In this document: positions 39,337-52,936 of the stretch, piece by piece
Layout of the letters: each line of letters begins with the position of its first letter
Position numbering within the stretch: the stretch's first letter is position 1
Source of the DNA: Phoronis australis
Lineage: Eukaryota; Animalia; Phoronida
Assembly (NCBI GenBank): GCA_002633005.1
Contig: NMRA01000018.1
Location: 1,766,427-1,830,426 of the forward strand
Direction of reading: 5' to 3'
DNA: 64,000 nt
Program-made: the position numbers and the translations under genes
The notes under the pieces: generated by a model
What the model was told of the DNA's origin: nothing
The model's input: the letters and a program-made list of their open reading frames with translations, nothing else
Databases searched by the model: none

Positions 39337-41570
39337 TTGGTCCCAGATCAAGGGTTTATGTCTAATTTTTGGCCACATTCTGATTTAGATTTAGCGCAGA
39401 CGCTACAAGGGGGTGGCGCTTAAATGTGAACACATTGTTACTTGTTTCATTATCGACTGGTCTAATTTCCCCGTGTTGGGAAAATTTTTCATTTACATGG
39501 TTCCTTGGTATAGAAAAGTTATTGACCTTGTTAAATTGTACTTGGTGGTCTACATTCTGTTTGTGCTCTTATGCTGGTTTGTAGTCTGAAGGTTATTTGT
39601 CAAGCTGATGTTACATAACTAGGTCTTCCTGTCTGGTTCCTGGTAGTGTTACGACATCATATTGTTGATTCCCTCTGAATATGGGCAACATGAGGTTATT
39701 CAATATTGGCCCCAGGCCCCAGGCCATGGGAAGCTTGTATTTAACCATTTTGGTGTGATGTCTTTGATATCACAAACCTCTGTCTTGTGTAAAAGAGAAA
39801 AGTCCCCGATCTTTAGACTTGCACATTTCACTTTGGCGTCTGGCAAATTTGACATGAAGTGAGTAGAACACGTTTAAAAATAATGAAATTAGATGTCCGT
39901 GAGGTATGATATCGCAAATAACATTTTCATAAGTTGTATGAAGTCGTAAACCTTGCACATTTATAACAGCTTATAGCTTTAAATTACTTATTCTAATTAA
40001 AAAGACATAGGCAAGAAATGGATTTTCCAGCTTCAAAAGAGGGGCCCCCTGTATTGGTCATCTGGGCCTGGGAAATTGGAGCTGGGGAGGTCATGATGAT
40101 GGCATGGAAGCAATTGAAAGCAATGGAACTGTAACTAACCTGTGAACACTGAGACAGAGATTCCCGAGTCACTCGTTGAGTGGAACATAAAGACACTGAG
40201 AAACGTGGGAAAAGGCTATGTCTTTATAAAACAGAAAATTTTTTTTCTCAAAACTGAATTTAAAATGTTTTTTGCTATGTTAACGGAAATTGTTTGCAAG
40301 TTTGTCTGTTTCGAATTGCAGTCGCTGAGTAGTTGTGGTAACCACATTTAACCAAATCCATGCAAGGTTTAGAACAGTGAAAAAGTCAATTTTGGTTAAA
40401 AGGGGGTTAAATATTTATCTTTCTGGAAGTGTTCCTAAAGGCATTACATACAAGTTGGCAAAAATGTAGAGCTGTGTGTGGAATTGTTAAAATGTGAGTT
40501 TTTACAGTAATGGCAATGTGACAGATTTTTATTTTGTTAAACTTTGAACTTGAATGTCGATGTGCCAAATTTTGGACATTTCCGGGCTGGAGAACTTTTA
40601 GTGTAATGTTAAAAACTGCGGATTTTTCTGGTTCGAAAGTTAAGCCTTTTGCAAGGAAGAAAGTACCTTGTCGTGGGAAACTGGGCAGTAGTCAGATATA
40701 TCGTGCGCGTATTTTGAGGACCAGTTTGATCCTCGTTATTGTGAGTGGAGAAAACTTGTCCTCAAAATTAAAGCACGTTATATCCGACCACTACCAGAAG
40801 CTATGTCCTAAAGTGCAGTGTTTCATTGAAGGGAAAGGGGTGTGAAAGTCTGCCTTCTGAGAACATCCGAGATGAGAATATCACTCTTTGAGTATTTGTT
40901 ATACAGTTGATTGTGGTAATAACACGTTGCATGCTGGGAAATGTACACTACACGCGGGTTGGTCGCTGTCATGATTTTGTTAAATCTAACGTGGCTTACG
41001 GACTACCTTCCATCTCAAGAAACAAGTCTTGACTTTAGCGTTTAATCGTTATTAAATTGTTCTTGCATATTTTATTGGTCAAATCGGAAGAAGTAGCGGC
41101 GTATTATTGGTTGAGATCAAACTCTACGAGATGGCTTGTCACATTGTGTCATTTTATGCACCGAATATGGTCTGAATGAATACGGAGTTGGCAGTTTTTT
41201 TTTGCAAGCGTAGAAATCTTGCATGAGTAAGTAATAGTTTTTGAGACCACTTTGTAACGGTAGGTAGTCTAAATGAGAAGTCCGCTGCTTGGACGAAGCG
41301 CCAGTTAATAGCCACTTTGTAGATTTTGTTGGGTTTTCTATTTAGTAATTTAAGAAATCCAATAAATATTGCATATAATTCACTTGATAATCTGATCGAA
41401 GGGTTGTATGTCGTGATTATAGAAACATTTTATTTTTTTCTGACATCTTACTTTCAATCCTTTCTGCTGCCTGCTCTGAGTGGTGTATTCCTTTGCAACG
41501 AAATGTTGATATTTTGTCTAGAAGTTATGTTGGTATGACCGCTGTATTCACTCAGTCCCTTGTTTTACAG

Positions 41571-42085
41571 AGTTTTCTCCAAGGACACTTCTTGATGAAG
41601 TTGAAAAGACTTTAGAACATAAACTATCCCTTTCACCCACCATTGTTGTACTCGGACAGACATGTTGGGCAAAGGCATACGTCATCAACGAACTATTTAG
41701 TAAACCAGTGCTGCCATCTGTGGAACAACTTGAGGATTCCACCAGCTGGCGTATGGTACAGTTTAAATATGGCAAGAAACAGTCGATTGGACTCAGCCTG
41801 GCTGGCAGCTATGAGCTTGTGGATAATTTAGCAGCGTATAGTAGACGGTGGGACACAGTGCCACTGGAGGATTTAGAGTTGAATTTCGACGAGACAGGGG
41901 ATTCAGCCAACAGGGCGGCGGTGTTGGAAGTGACACTGAACCACCCGCTGTTGAGTAGTGGTGCCTCTGTGATCATGTCTCCTTGTAACTACAATGGAAA
42001 TGCTAATGAAGTCTTTGCTATGTGCACAGATGAGGTGCTACCTGTGGTGATATATGCTGTGGGTAACAACCAGTTGACCATGAAG
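41571..42085 (+). CDS. DSTYK: DSTYK exon 2 (FSPRTLLDE...PTIVVLGQTCWAKAYVINELFSKPVLP...LEVTLNHPLL...QLTMK)
   Basis: TTTTACAG acceptor, AAG|GTGAGT donor, open frame; the LGQ..K..IN.L...VLP and LEVTLNHPLL motifs match the recalled DSTYK N-terminal region. Confidence 0.9.
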
Positions 42086-42654
42086 GTGAGTGCAGTGTTG
42101 TGCGGGTGGACTGCTGAGTGGCAACTCTCACAGATAATGACAAAGTTGTCAGTGTATTTCAAAATTCTCTCTGCCTCTCAAATGAAGAGTGAAATTTCTA
42201 ATATTTCCCAGAAACACAGTGTCTCAAGTCCAAAGTATTTCTAGCATTTCTTGATATTTATTCTTTCTTATTTTGAAAAACTCTCTGCATCATTGCGTCA
42301 AATTGGCTTTGTGGCAACCAGTGCTACATTGGGAATCCACGTGGGAGTTCATGAAATTCATGTGACTGTGAAGTTAGAATTTTTTAAACCATGGTGATCA
42401 TGAGATCTCAGATTCATGAAAATCATGTGATGAAGAAAAGCCCATATCCGGATTCTAAAGTTTTCAGTAAATCACCACATCTCTGTACACAGGGGTATCA
42501 GGTAGCGTATAAAATTACTATGATAACCCTTTACAAGGAACATAATGACACAGGCCTGTTGATTGGTGTCAGCTCCGGTTTGCAGGACGTCTTTGTAGGC
42601 TATGCCAAACACAGAGCTTGCTTGCATACAGAACATCACTGAGTCGTATAAGTA

Positions 42655-42801
42655 AGAATTGTTAGTCTTATTAGTACACACGCCACCTCTTGGTCACATC
42701 ACATGACCTAAGTCTGAGAAGGTCACTGCCCCGACTGGGGCTTGAATCCGGGACTTCCTGCTAACCTTGCAGACAGTCTAGTTCACTTAGCCATCGGGAC
42801 C
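42655..42801 (-). mobile_element. tRNA-derived SINE
   Basis: Minus strand GGTCCCGATGGCTAAGTG (A-box-like) and GGATTCAAGCCCC (B-box-like), then a GTGATGTG.CCAA.AGGTGGCGT body shared with ~21490-21530. Confidence 0.65.
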
Positions 42802-45800
42802 TCTCATTGATTACAGAATGCAAACAGACTAATAAAAGGCATTTTCCCCAAACTTGGGAGTGCATATATCAGTAAATATGTGCTCTTCAAGTCTATTGTG
42901 AACACACTAGTGTGCACTGAAGACATTTTCCAAAGTAGCAGTGACGTGATGAAATACATCTTGATCACTAGATGGCGGTAGGTGATGGACAACATTCTGC
43001 ATTCTGCAGTGGAATATTTTGCGGCGTTTTTGTGAATAAGTTTTCTTCAGCATCATGCTAAGCCATGAGCATTGGTTTGTGAATCAATTGGGACAGGTTA
43101 GTCGCAGTCTGAGTTGGGCATTGGGATAACAAAACCCAAATGTTATCGTAAGAGTTTTCTCGTGAAGTCCTAACTGTGTTTTCAATAGCCAGTTTGTCAA
43201 ACAGGTTGAAATTCGGAGAAGACCTGTGATTAAATTGAAGCTGTTCACCTGTGGCATATCTAATCAACCCTACATGATTTTCTGGCCATTTTGACTCGTT
43301 AAGTCCATGAATGTTCTATGTGGCATTGAACTTGATGTCAGTTTTCATGGCTTAAAAAATTTTGCGACGGATTTAGTTGGGACACAGATTTAAGCTTTCT
43401 TATCAACTATTTTGGAAGACAACATTAAAGTGTTTTAAACTGAACTTTGTTAATTCCTTGTGAATGTCGCTGAATTTTTTTTTTTTTTGACTGTTTGATA
43501 TTTTGCGGCGGCATGAGTCGTCAAACAATGGCAAACACTACTGACTCTCTATCTCTAATGTACTTAGTTATTCGTGTTATATCACTGTTATCGAGTAGTT
43601 AGCTTGTCATTGCGAGATTATTAATTCTAATCACATTAATACATTAATATCAGTTTTGATCTAGAATGTTTATGATGTTTTGTCTACTTGTGATAATACT
43701 AAGAATGAATCTGGCAGGTAAAACACTATTACTTAGTAAAAGATACAACTTGTTTTGTCAAATTTCCTAAACCAGGCCCTTGTGCCAACAACCCCTGGCG
43801 ATGTTTGAACATTTTTAGCTTATCAGGGTCATTGTAAAAGTTCAGTGATTGACATTATTTACTTTATTTTTGTTGCACAAACAATTCAGTATGATAGAGT
43901 TCGCTGAACTTCTGCATTTATAGAACAGAACTGAAAATTCTATGGGACACTGGGGACAGTGAAAATTTATTTTTGTTAGAAATTCAGGTGTTTTCCCAGA
44001 TTTTCGAAAGTCGATGTTCGAAATGGAAGAATCTCAAAAATGGTAAAATTTTAGCTATAGAATCAATAATTTTAGAATATCTTTTCGTATATACGAACGC
44101 CTGTCAATAAAGTTGATCTTTGATGGATGCAATTGTTATCCTTTGAGTAATTTTGAACTTGTTGTTTTCATCGTTAGTTCTTGAATTCAAAATAAGTGCA
44201 CTTTGGTAACATAACGACGAACACTAAATGACCGAGGTTCACTTCATCGGATAATTAGAAATTAGGTTTTGATTGGGCTACAACAGCCAGCAGATGATTT
44301 TTAAAACTATTCTGCACTCACTGGCAAATGTTATAACAAGAAATCAATGTCCAGCAAAAGATTGGCAATTCTATTTTTGTTGAAGAGGGGTCTTGTCAGG
44401 TGCTTACCTTAGATAAAGTCGGACTTGCTGTTGTCAAATCGAAACCATTTGATTCTAGTGTAGAGTGCGACAATCATGTCGAATCACAAGGAACATAAAG
44501 TTAACATAATTTTAATGGCAATATTTTGAAAATAAACTTCCCTGGTCAATAATTGTCTTCAATTTGGTTAAAGATGTATAAGACTGTTATTTGTCCTGTT
44601 TTCTCTCAATATTGAAACATTTCATGCGCTTCATTAATCAGTATCACTTGTTGAGCGATTTCGCCATGATCTTCAAATGAGATGGACGTTAACATTCATT
44701 TAGCGTCGGAGAAATCCGTAACTTAGCTTCTGCGTTAATCAGTTTTATTCCAGATTTTAGACAGTATTCGATAAACTAATCCTTTTCAATAAACTGGTTC
44801 TCAGCAGTTATCAAAGTGCGAAAATTTGATAAAAGTGGCATGTTTTAGGGTGACGTTTTGCATCAATCTGTTGTATAAAAGTGACCCCCCTCCGCTGTCT
44901 AGAATTTCAGGATGGAAGCACGCGTATGCTATCATCCTCTTCTTCAAAACAAAACATTTTTTTTGTTAATTTGAATGTGCTGAATTCAAGACGTTATTTC
45001 CAATTGGAGATTCTGTAAAGTGATGAATTTGGTGCTAATGTCCCCCTTGGGCTTTTTGTTTACCTTTACTGGGTGTGCATCTGTTGAACTTGTCAAGGTC
45101 ACTTCATGTAATATGTAGCTGCAGTAGTGACTGTACCTCTCTATATGCAAAGCCTTTTACAGGTCAGTCTTTAACTTGTTGTGAATCAACAAGGTTGTTT
45201 GTGCAACTCAGTCACCTTGTCCAGATCACCTTTTGGCTGACCCAGTCTAAAGTCTAGTGTGGAAATCCTGCCCCTGTGTTGAAGTTAAATCTTTGCTTTG
45301 GTATTTGTTGTTGTAAAATCCCTTCATGTTAATTCTTACTAAAATAGAAATGGACTCAAGATTACCTGAGTGCAATTCCATGAAAAGGTCAAAGTTGTGA
45401 TTATGGTAACATTTCTGGTCTCATCTGAAAGCCCAGTCTCTCTAGTGTCAGCATCCACAATTTGATGTCCTATAAGTTTCAATTTTTTTGCCTACATGGA
45501 CCCATTTTTGGGGGTCTCTTGACCCTAAAAAATTAGCTCGATTTTCATGTGTGTTGTTAATTATTGACATAAATAAGCTATTTTTGGGTATTTCACTATA
45601 CTATCAAATTTGTGCAATCACATGAACCCAACCTTTATAAAAATAACATTTCAACTGTGGGACACCATTGACCTCTTGGGATCAAAGGCCAACCCCTGGA
45701 TATCTTGGTGCCGTACATCCATCACCAAAAAGTGCCAAAAAGTTTAGTTACGTAAAAAATTTCAATCAAAATTAAAAGAATTTCAGATTCTCTTTAACTT

Positions 45801-47137
45801 GTTACTTAATACTTTTGCCCAAAAATTTTCGATCCTTGGGATTATTCATTAAGTCAGAAATTTGCGTGACAGACGTACGGCAAATTTGTGCGTCCATCAT
45901 GTGCATCACACCCATGCTATTTACAATTTTCCAGCCAATAAAAATAACCTTAGGTCATCTAGTTATTTTCTCAGTACAATTCAACTTATTAAAATCAGAT
46001 AGTTGGACCACAACATAAAATGTAAATAATACAAAATGCTTAATTTACTAAACTTTTTCTGTTGGTACCCCATGTTTGTAGAGAAATGCTTAGCGTTTGG
46101 AAAATTCAAGATGCAAAAATACTCATACAAAAGAATTCCTAAGCTGCTCTAAAGTATAAATAACAAGAGATCTAAAGGAATACATGTTGCTGTTTGTGCT
46201 AAAATCAACATGTTATCTCTGCTCTGACCTGCTATACTGTGTTTTGTGTTGAAAAAGCCGATGGGCATTTTTTAAGTGATAGCAACCCGTCATTTACTTA
46301 TTTGAGCATTTTTGTTGCACCCTCACTGACCGTAGTCACTCTTTTTTTGTGTTTTTCAGTATCATGGGTGGCTTGTATGAAATGATGGATTAGTAAATGA
46401 TTACATTGTCTCATCTTGCATGTTTTTGATCCCGCAATTTTTAAGAATTTAGACTAATTTTTTTCTGCTGAGCTTTGAGTTGATTAAACCAGCGTTTAGA
46501 AATGAAAGAGGAGACCCAAGAAGAACAGATGCAACTAAGAGAAGAATAAGTATCTGCCGGAATATCCTCTGAAACTTAAAAAATGCCAATTTGGATCAAG
46601 AAATTCATACTGTACTTGCATGTTCTGTCATGTGACATTATTTAACACCTCTCTTTAAATTTGAAAAGAAGGCATGAGTGTAAGTGCTGCATGAAAACCT
46701 AATCATACTAATCACTAAATAGAAACCAACATATCATAAGTTAGTTCTACATATTCCTATATCATAATCCTAAATGCAGTTAATTTAAAATATTTTATTT
46801 TCACACTGGAAGACAGAGTGGGTGATTTGAATCAATATATAAATGCCAAAAGTAGATGCTGTCAACTAACCCATGCTTCACATTTTGTTTTAGGAAATCT
46901 GAAGTCCTGTTACTAATACTTTTAAAACATTACCTTTATTATTTGTATTGGCATGCATTAGAACTATTAAAGATATGGCCTAGAGAATAATTTTGTGCAA
47001 GCTTAGAGCGAGTTCTAATTTAACAAACAATTAATTAGATGCATTTTATGACAGCGATTAGTAATGTTTTAAACTTTATTTTACATTTTATATTTTGACA
47101 GTCACATTTACTTCTTAGATTCGAATTAGTACTCTAC

Positions 47138-48586
47138 TTAAAAGAGGCCGGAACTACGTGTTTCAGCATTTTAATATGAATTTTGAAAGTATGAAGATTG
47201 GTTACTGGCATCCACATATTCCTAAATAGTGCACAGTATTTTTCTTTTTTACTTTGAAAAGTAAAAATTTATTAGTTCCGTAAAGCCCCATTGCAAGCGC
47301 TGGTTTTCTTGGCGTCACTGAGGCTGTACGGCACAAAGAGATAATATTATAGCCAGGTCATTAGCCGTGCGAGTACGTAGTCCAGTCGATAGATCAACAT
47401 GTGCACACTCACAACCTTTTTCGTTTTTCTTTCCTGTGACTTTTATTCATCGAAGTGCCTAGCCAGTCAGCTAGCTGTATGACGACTATCTTCAAAATAC
47501 AACTAACTACCAGTAGCAATGTGTGTTGAGCTCCGTTAGACTCCGAAATTTCACATAGCCCTGGTTGTTCTGCTCGCCATCTCGTCGCAAAACTTGTATC
47601 AACATGTAGAGTTCTAAACCAGCAGGGGATCGTGCAAATATCTGGTGTCAACCGACACTCACCTTGCCCGCTGGAGCCATTTAAGTGAAAAACAATCCAT
47701 TTAACGTTATTTTATTTCATAATTCTCAGCCTTTTGTAACAAAGAAAACAGTACGCTCAACACACGCTATTTTCTAAAATTTTGCGACATCTGTCGGGAA
47801 ATGATGACAGCTTCGTAGGAGCAAATTTTTTTATGAAATTCGGTTTCCTGGTGTTAAGATACTAAAAACTTATAAAGAAATGAAATCAGCTCTAGTAATT
47901 TGTTATGCCATATACACAACTTCGAAGAACAGTTCCATCGCTCGGAAGAAGAACAACTCGGGGAACGAAACTGGCCAATAAGGCAACAGGTGATGGCGCC
48001 GAAAGCCGATCTTAAAAGAGCGCACCCAAATTTTAACAGCAGAGTGAACGGTATAACGCCAATATTTTCAACACCAGTCAAGTTTGCTCAAGGAAGAGTG
48101 TAATTTTTAATAACATTTTGTGTCAGGTTTTATTTGATCAGTTTTTAACCACGTCGGTGCAACGGCCGCTGTACATTTACTATACAGCTTGCACCAAGGC
48201 AAGGCTACGCAGTCGGGACCCTTTCCTGGCCCGTGTCGAGAACGGCATCGTTCCACTTATAGTCATCTCTACACGGCAGTAAACTTGTATTATGAACTTT
48301 CGAGAGCCGAGATCGAAGACGAATTATACACACTAAGCACAGTTCTGTAGCCGAGAGGCATTCAAACAATGAGATATACACGATAAGCTTGATTTATCTT
48401 ATTACCTTCACCCACGGTACAGCCTCAGTGACGTCAGATGCGCGTTAGCCCATAGGAATTAACATTAGAAAAACGCTTTTTACAAAAATGTGAAAGAGTA
48501 ACAAAGATGTGATTTCTGATATAGATTTTATTCATCAATTAAATTACATTAAAAATGCATTTTATTGTACTTCAGGAACCTTTTAA
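47138..48586. mobile_element. Probable TTAA-flanked non-autonomous DNA transposon
   Basis: TTAAAAGAGGCCGGAACTAC ... GTACTTCAGGAACCTTTTAA imperfect inverted ends; CpG-richer interior. Confidence 0.45.
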
Positions 48587-49327
48587 CCCATAACAGTTTT
48601 TCTGATAACTAACAGCTGTCAAATACAAAAAGACTTATCACTCTCACTACCATCTATGTCAAAATGTTCTCTTATTGTACCTCCCTCACAAATGGAATTG
48701 TCCCTAAATACAATTTAAGACTGATATCTAAAACACTGAAATTGTTAGATGATTTGCTCTAGAATTGCAGTGACCTGAAGAAGCTCTAAGGTTATTTGTG
48801 GGGTCAAAGGTGAGAGTTGGTAGACAATTGACATTGTCTACTTGGAATACTTTAAAATTTCACCAGTTTCGAGAAAATTAATTGCCAAAAGGTCTTTTTT
48901 TCTCAAAACATTGTCTGCTATATAATTGGTATCTGCATACAATTTGTAGTTTTTATAAAAATATGAAGTGAAATTTCATTTGTGTGCCAGATTGATAATT
49001 ACATCATTTCTGGCCATAGTAAGATTAAAATACGGGCAATTGCTGCACAAATAAAAAAGTTCACGTTCCTTCAATGTTTCGTCTATTCATATGACATCAT
49101 CAGGATAATATATACAATTAGACAGCAGTATCGAATACCAGTCAAGTCACCTTCATTGGCCATATTGAGATTGTGAGCTCTTAAAAACTATTTATTTTTC
49201 TTAAGCAGTTCTGCATAGGATATGCAGCAACCCAGACAAAGGGTGCCTCCTTGTATGAAAATTATAACCTGGACCTCAGATATATACAAGTTTATCTGAG
49301 CCTGGACATAGTGTGCCACACTGTATG

Positions 49328-50340
49328 AAAATTATGGTCTTGATACAATGTAAACAGTGCTGCCTGTGGATTTTGAACAATGGAGCTTATCCAGGCTTCA
49401 ATGACACACTTTACAAATGGACCACTGAGCTAACTAGCTTTTTGTGGTCTAAGCTTTTTTCTCCTTGGTGATCCTAACAATTGTCCATCTGTAGAGGTAT
49501 TTTGAGTGTTGCTTTAACCTCTAGTTGATAGATGAGTGCCCTTTTCTTGCCATTTTCCATGATAAAACTGTCAACTGGGCTTCGCAACTGTTCTGTTCAG
49601 TGCAGATTGTGAGTTCATGTTGGGTGGAAATCTGGGTTGTGACTCATGACTCACTGGCTATTGGGACATTCTGATAAGAAAGTGTCATCCAAGCCAATCT
49701 GACAATGTATCACCTGATGTGCTTGAAACATTCTGCAGAGAAAGTTGGCAACTTCACTGACGAGTAATTGATTGGTGTCAGTTGACTAGTCTTGAGATCG
49801 GAAGCAATATTGAAAAATTTGATTTATCAGTCTNAAAATTATGGTCTTGATACAATGTTAACAGTGCTGCCTGTGGATTTTGAACAATGGAGCTTATCCA
49901 GGCTTCAATGACACACTTTACTAATGGACCACTGAGCTAACTAGCTTTTTGTGGTCTAAGCTTTTTTCTCCTTGGTGATCCTAACAATTGTCCATCTGTA
50001 GAGGTATTTTGAGTGTTGCTTTAACCTCTAGTTGATGTATGAGTGACCCTTTCTTGCCATTTTCCATGATAAAACTGTCAACTGGGCTTCACAACTGTTC
50101 TGTTCAGTGCAGATTGCGAGTTCATGTTGGGTGGAAATCTGGGTTGTGACTCATGACTCACTGGCTATTGGGACATTCTGATAAGAAAGTGTCATCCAAG
50201 CCAATCTGACAATGTATCACCTGATGTGCTTGAAACATTCTGCAGAGAAAGTTGGCAACTTCACTGACGAGTAATTGATTGGTGTCATTTGACTAGTCTT
50301 GAGATCGGAAGCAATATTAAAAAATTTGATTTATCAGAGT
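49328..50340. repeat. ~505-bp direct duplication around the single N at 49834 (probable haplotype overlap)
   Basis: 49328-49833 versus 49835-~50340 differ by roughly 9 substitutions. Confidence 0.9.
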
Positions 50341-50604
50341 CTGCTGTGGAATACTATAAATTTTGCACTTGGTAGAGTGCAGATAATTATTGATAGTATA
50401 TTTGAAACTTGGCGTAAGGCCGGTCTGGGCAAGCCCAGGTTGGCAGTGTGGAGGAATGGTCCCTAAATGGCGCTTGTCTGAATTTGTTTGAATTTAACAG
50501 CAATCCTGACCACAAATCACTGAAGTTGATTTCAGGAATAATGATATTTGTGTAAAAGTGTCAGTGCTAATTTGACTTCAGTCAAGATACACAACTGTTT
50601 TTCC

Positions 50605-50765
50605 CTGGTGTCCATTGCAATGGTCCTCCTGTGTCTATTGCAATGNCTGTGTCTATTGCAATGGTTCCCCTGTGTCTATTGCAATGGTCCCCCTGTGTCT
50701 ATTGCAATGGCCCCCCTGTGTCTATTGCAATGGTCCCCCTGTGTCTATTGCAATGGTTCCCCATG
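50605..50765. repeat. 22-23-bp minisatellite, possibly collapsed at N 50646
   Basis: CCTGTGTCTATTGCAATGGTCCC units. Confidence 0.9.
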
Positions 50766-51271
50766 TATCCGTGCATGTGCTTATTGAGAATTTACAAATG
50801 GTGCGACCCAAACACACTAGACCAGAGAAAAGATCATAGAATGTAAACCAGGTTATATGTTGTATATCGATAATTGCCAAAAAATATTTGTTGTTTGCTT
50901 TTTATGGTTTCTCCTCAATGACAGTTTGGGCATGTTGTTATAGGGATAAATATTGAGCTAGCGTTATTATTTTATTTCAAGCCATGGGTTTTCTAAAAAT
51001 GTTGTAACATCTTTTTTGGCCTTTTTGGGGGCGTTTTGTAGCCTCACTGATTTTTGGCTTGAAGTGAATTAATGATGCTGTTTCTTAGATCTTTCAATCT
51101 TATGAAAATAAATCTTGTTACAAAAGTTTAATAAATAGTTTTAACTGAGTTGTTCAGATTTCTGTACATGTTACTCTCTGACTTCCATTTTGTGTTTTTA
51201 TGTCTACAATAATTATTTCATTAGACTCTTTTCCCCACTTTGTTCTTAACGTAATCCTTACTGTTTTTCAG

Positions 51272-51953
51272 GATCAGCAGGAATTATTGGAGATCAAACA
51301 AAAGCAGCCTATTTTCTTCGTTCATGTGCCTCAGATGATCCCAGAGAGCGACCTTGACCTCGACCTCACGGAGTCTGGCCGGCATGCCAAGTCAGACTCA
51401 TTTAAGGAGTTCCACTCAACGCCACCCAGTAGCCTCCGATCACTTGATGTCCCTGGCAGTGTACACGCACTAGAGGGCTCCACTGGGCATGTCTTTCACC
51501 CGCACACATCCTCGCTAACCTTGTTTCAACAATTATGCTCGTTGGGATTTCTCAGCATGTTGCCGCGTAGCTCCGACCTTCAGTCGACCTCTGATGACGA
51601 CAGCATGTACACAGTAGAGAGCGAGTTTATCGAGGATTTTCATGACTTTCCTAACTTCCTGCTGTTCATGCGGCGCATCTTGCAGTGCCATCTGGTGAAT
51701 GCTACTTCAGTACTGCATGACGTTCACGATCGCTGCCTAAGGGACTTCATATTGTATGCGTTTGACATGCAGCGAGATATGATGATCACGCCCAAGAGGC
51801 TAGACTTTGCCAGGGAGAAGGAGAACGAGTTGTATAACACACTCATGGACATTGCGTCCAAGAAACAAGTAGAAATTAAAAACCTAATTGGTGAAACTTT
51901 TGCCCAAATCAAGGAAGAGCTCCTACAGCGGGCTGTTGATTACGACTTCATTG
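51272..51953 (+). CDS. DSTYK: DSTYK exon 3 (DQQELLEIKQK...LFQQLCSLGFL...AFDMQRDMMITPKRLDFAREKENELY...DFI)
   Basis: TTTTTCAG acceptor, G|GTGAGG donor; AFDMQRD..ITPKRL...KE.ELY is characteristic of DSTYK. Confidence 0.95.
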
Positions 51954-52270
51954 GTGAGGGTTGGTTATCTTGCACTGTCCTTGACATTTGCTTGAGGAAT
52001 GTTTTTAGACGACCCAATTAAAAACCCATTGTTAAATAGCAGTTCAGACGGAAATTTTCTGCTTGTGGAATTTCTGCTGAAAAATTAAGACTTATGGACA
52101 TGTTGAGCTATGAAAAACGTATTGCCCCATCCACGGTCTAAATACATGTAGCTGGTCATGTGTACAAGGTGTTCGTAATTCTTAGAAAAGTGTGACTTAA
52201 ACTTCGTCCCAATCTTTTGAAGTATTTTGACGTGAAGTCATGTGGCTATTATTCTCTACCTGTTATTCAG

Positions 52271-52423
52271 GTGCTGAGATAACAGAAAGCGGTCAAGCCA
52301 GGACAGCCAAAGATTTAAAAATCTGCACAGGACAAATCCAAGGTCTGATGCTGGGGAGGCTGAACTCAGCTGTAGGCGGCAAGTTGGTAGAATCGGTCAA
52401 TGTTTTACGTGACTCGTTCACAG
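52271..52423 (+). CDS. DSTYK: DSTYK exon 4 (AEITESGQ...GRLNSAVGGKLVESVNVLRDSFT)
   Basis: TTCAG acceptor, AG|GTTTGT donor, phase 1/1; RLN.AV..KL..SV..LR.SF motif. Confidence 0.93.
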
Positions 52424-52735
52424 GTTTGTAGGTCTGCATTGTAAGTCTTTGTGCAGCAGTTACTTTATTAACATCAGAAGGACAATAGCAAACTGTGAAG
52501 AAGTAGGGTAGCAGTGCATGGTTGTGGGACAAAAGCATTGTGGGAAAATGCCACCATTAGCAGATTGAGCGTTGTGGTATTTAAGGGAGTGGCTATTGAA
52601 CTTTGTGCTTTGTGATGATAATTGATGGACTGGCAAATCCGTATTGTTACGTATTTGCCTTGTTATTTTGCTGTCGTAGCAGTCATCTAACAGTTTTGCA
52701 TTCTGATAACCTCATTATTTGTTATTTCGTAGACC

Positions 52736-52936
52736 TTTTTATGCGCCCACATATTTATATGTGGACGCATTATGCCGTCATCTCTGTCCGTCCGTCCGTC
52801 CGGCGTCCGCTGCTCTATCTCCAAAACCCTTTGACATACATTCATGAAATTTGGCACATATGTTCCATTCATGAATGGGACGGCATGTGCGAACTTTCGG
52901 ATGGATCCGACTACCGGTGTGCCCCCTAGTGGCAAT
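52736..52936 (-). mobile_element. Helentron/DINE-like element, hairpin end, reverse orientation (young copy)
   Basis: Reverse complement of ~1087-1298; truncated by the N at 52937. Confidence 0.8.

Noticed and set aside
39004-39423. ORF with MTKSHI repeats
   Set aside because: An 18-bp intronic minisatellite; the flanking translation is non-protein-like.
42715-42801. tRNA gene
   Set aside because: No clean cloverleaf, and it continues into a body shared with another dispersed copy, so it is SINE-like.
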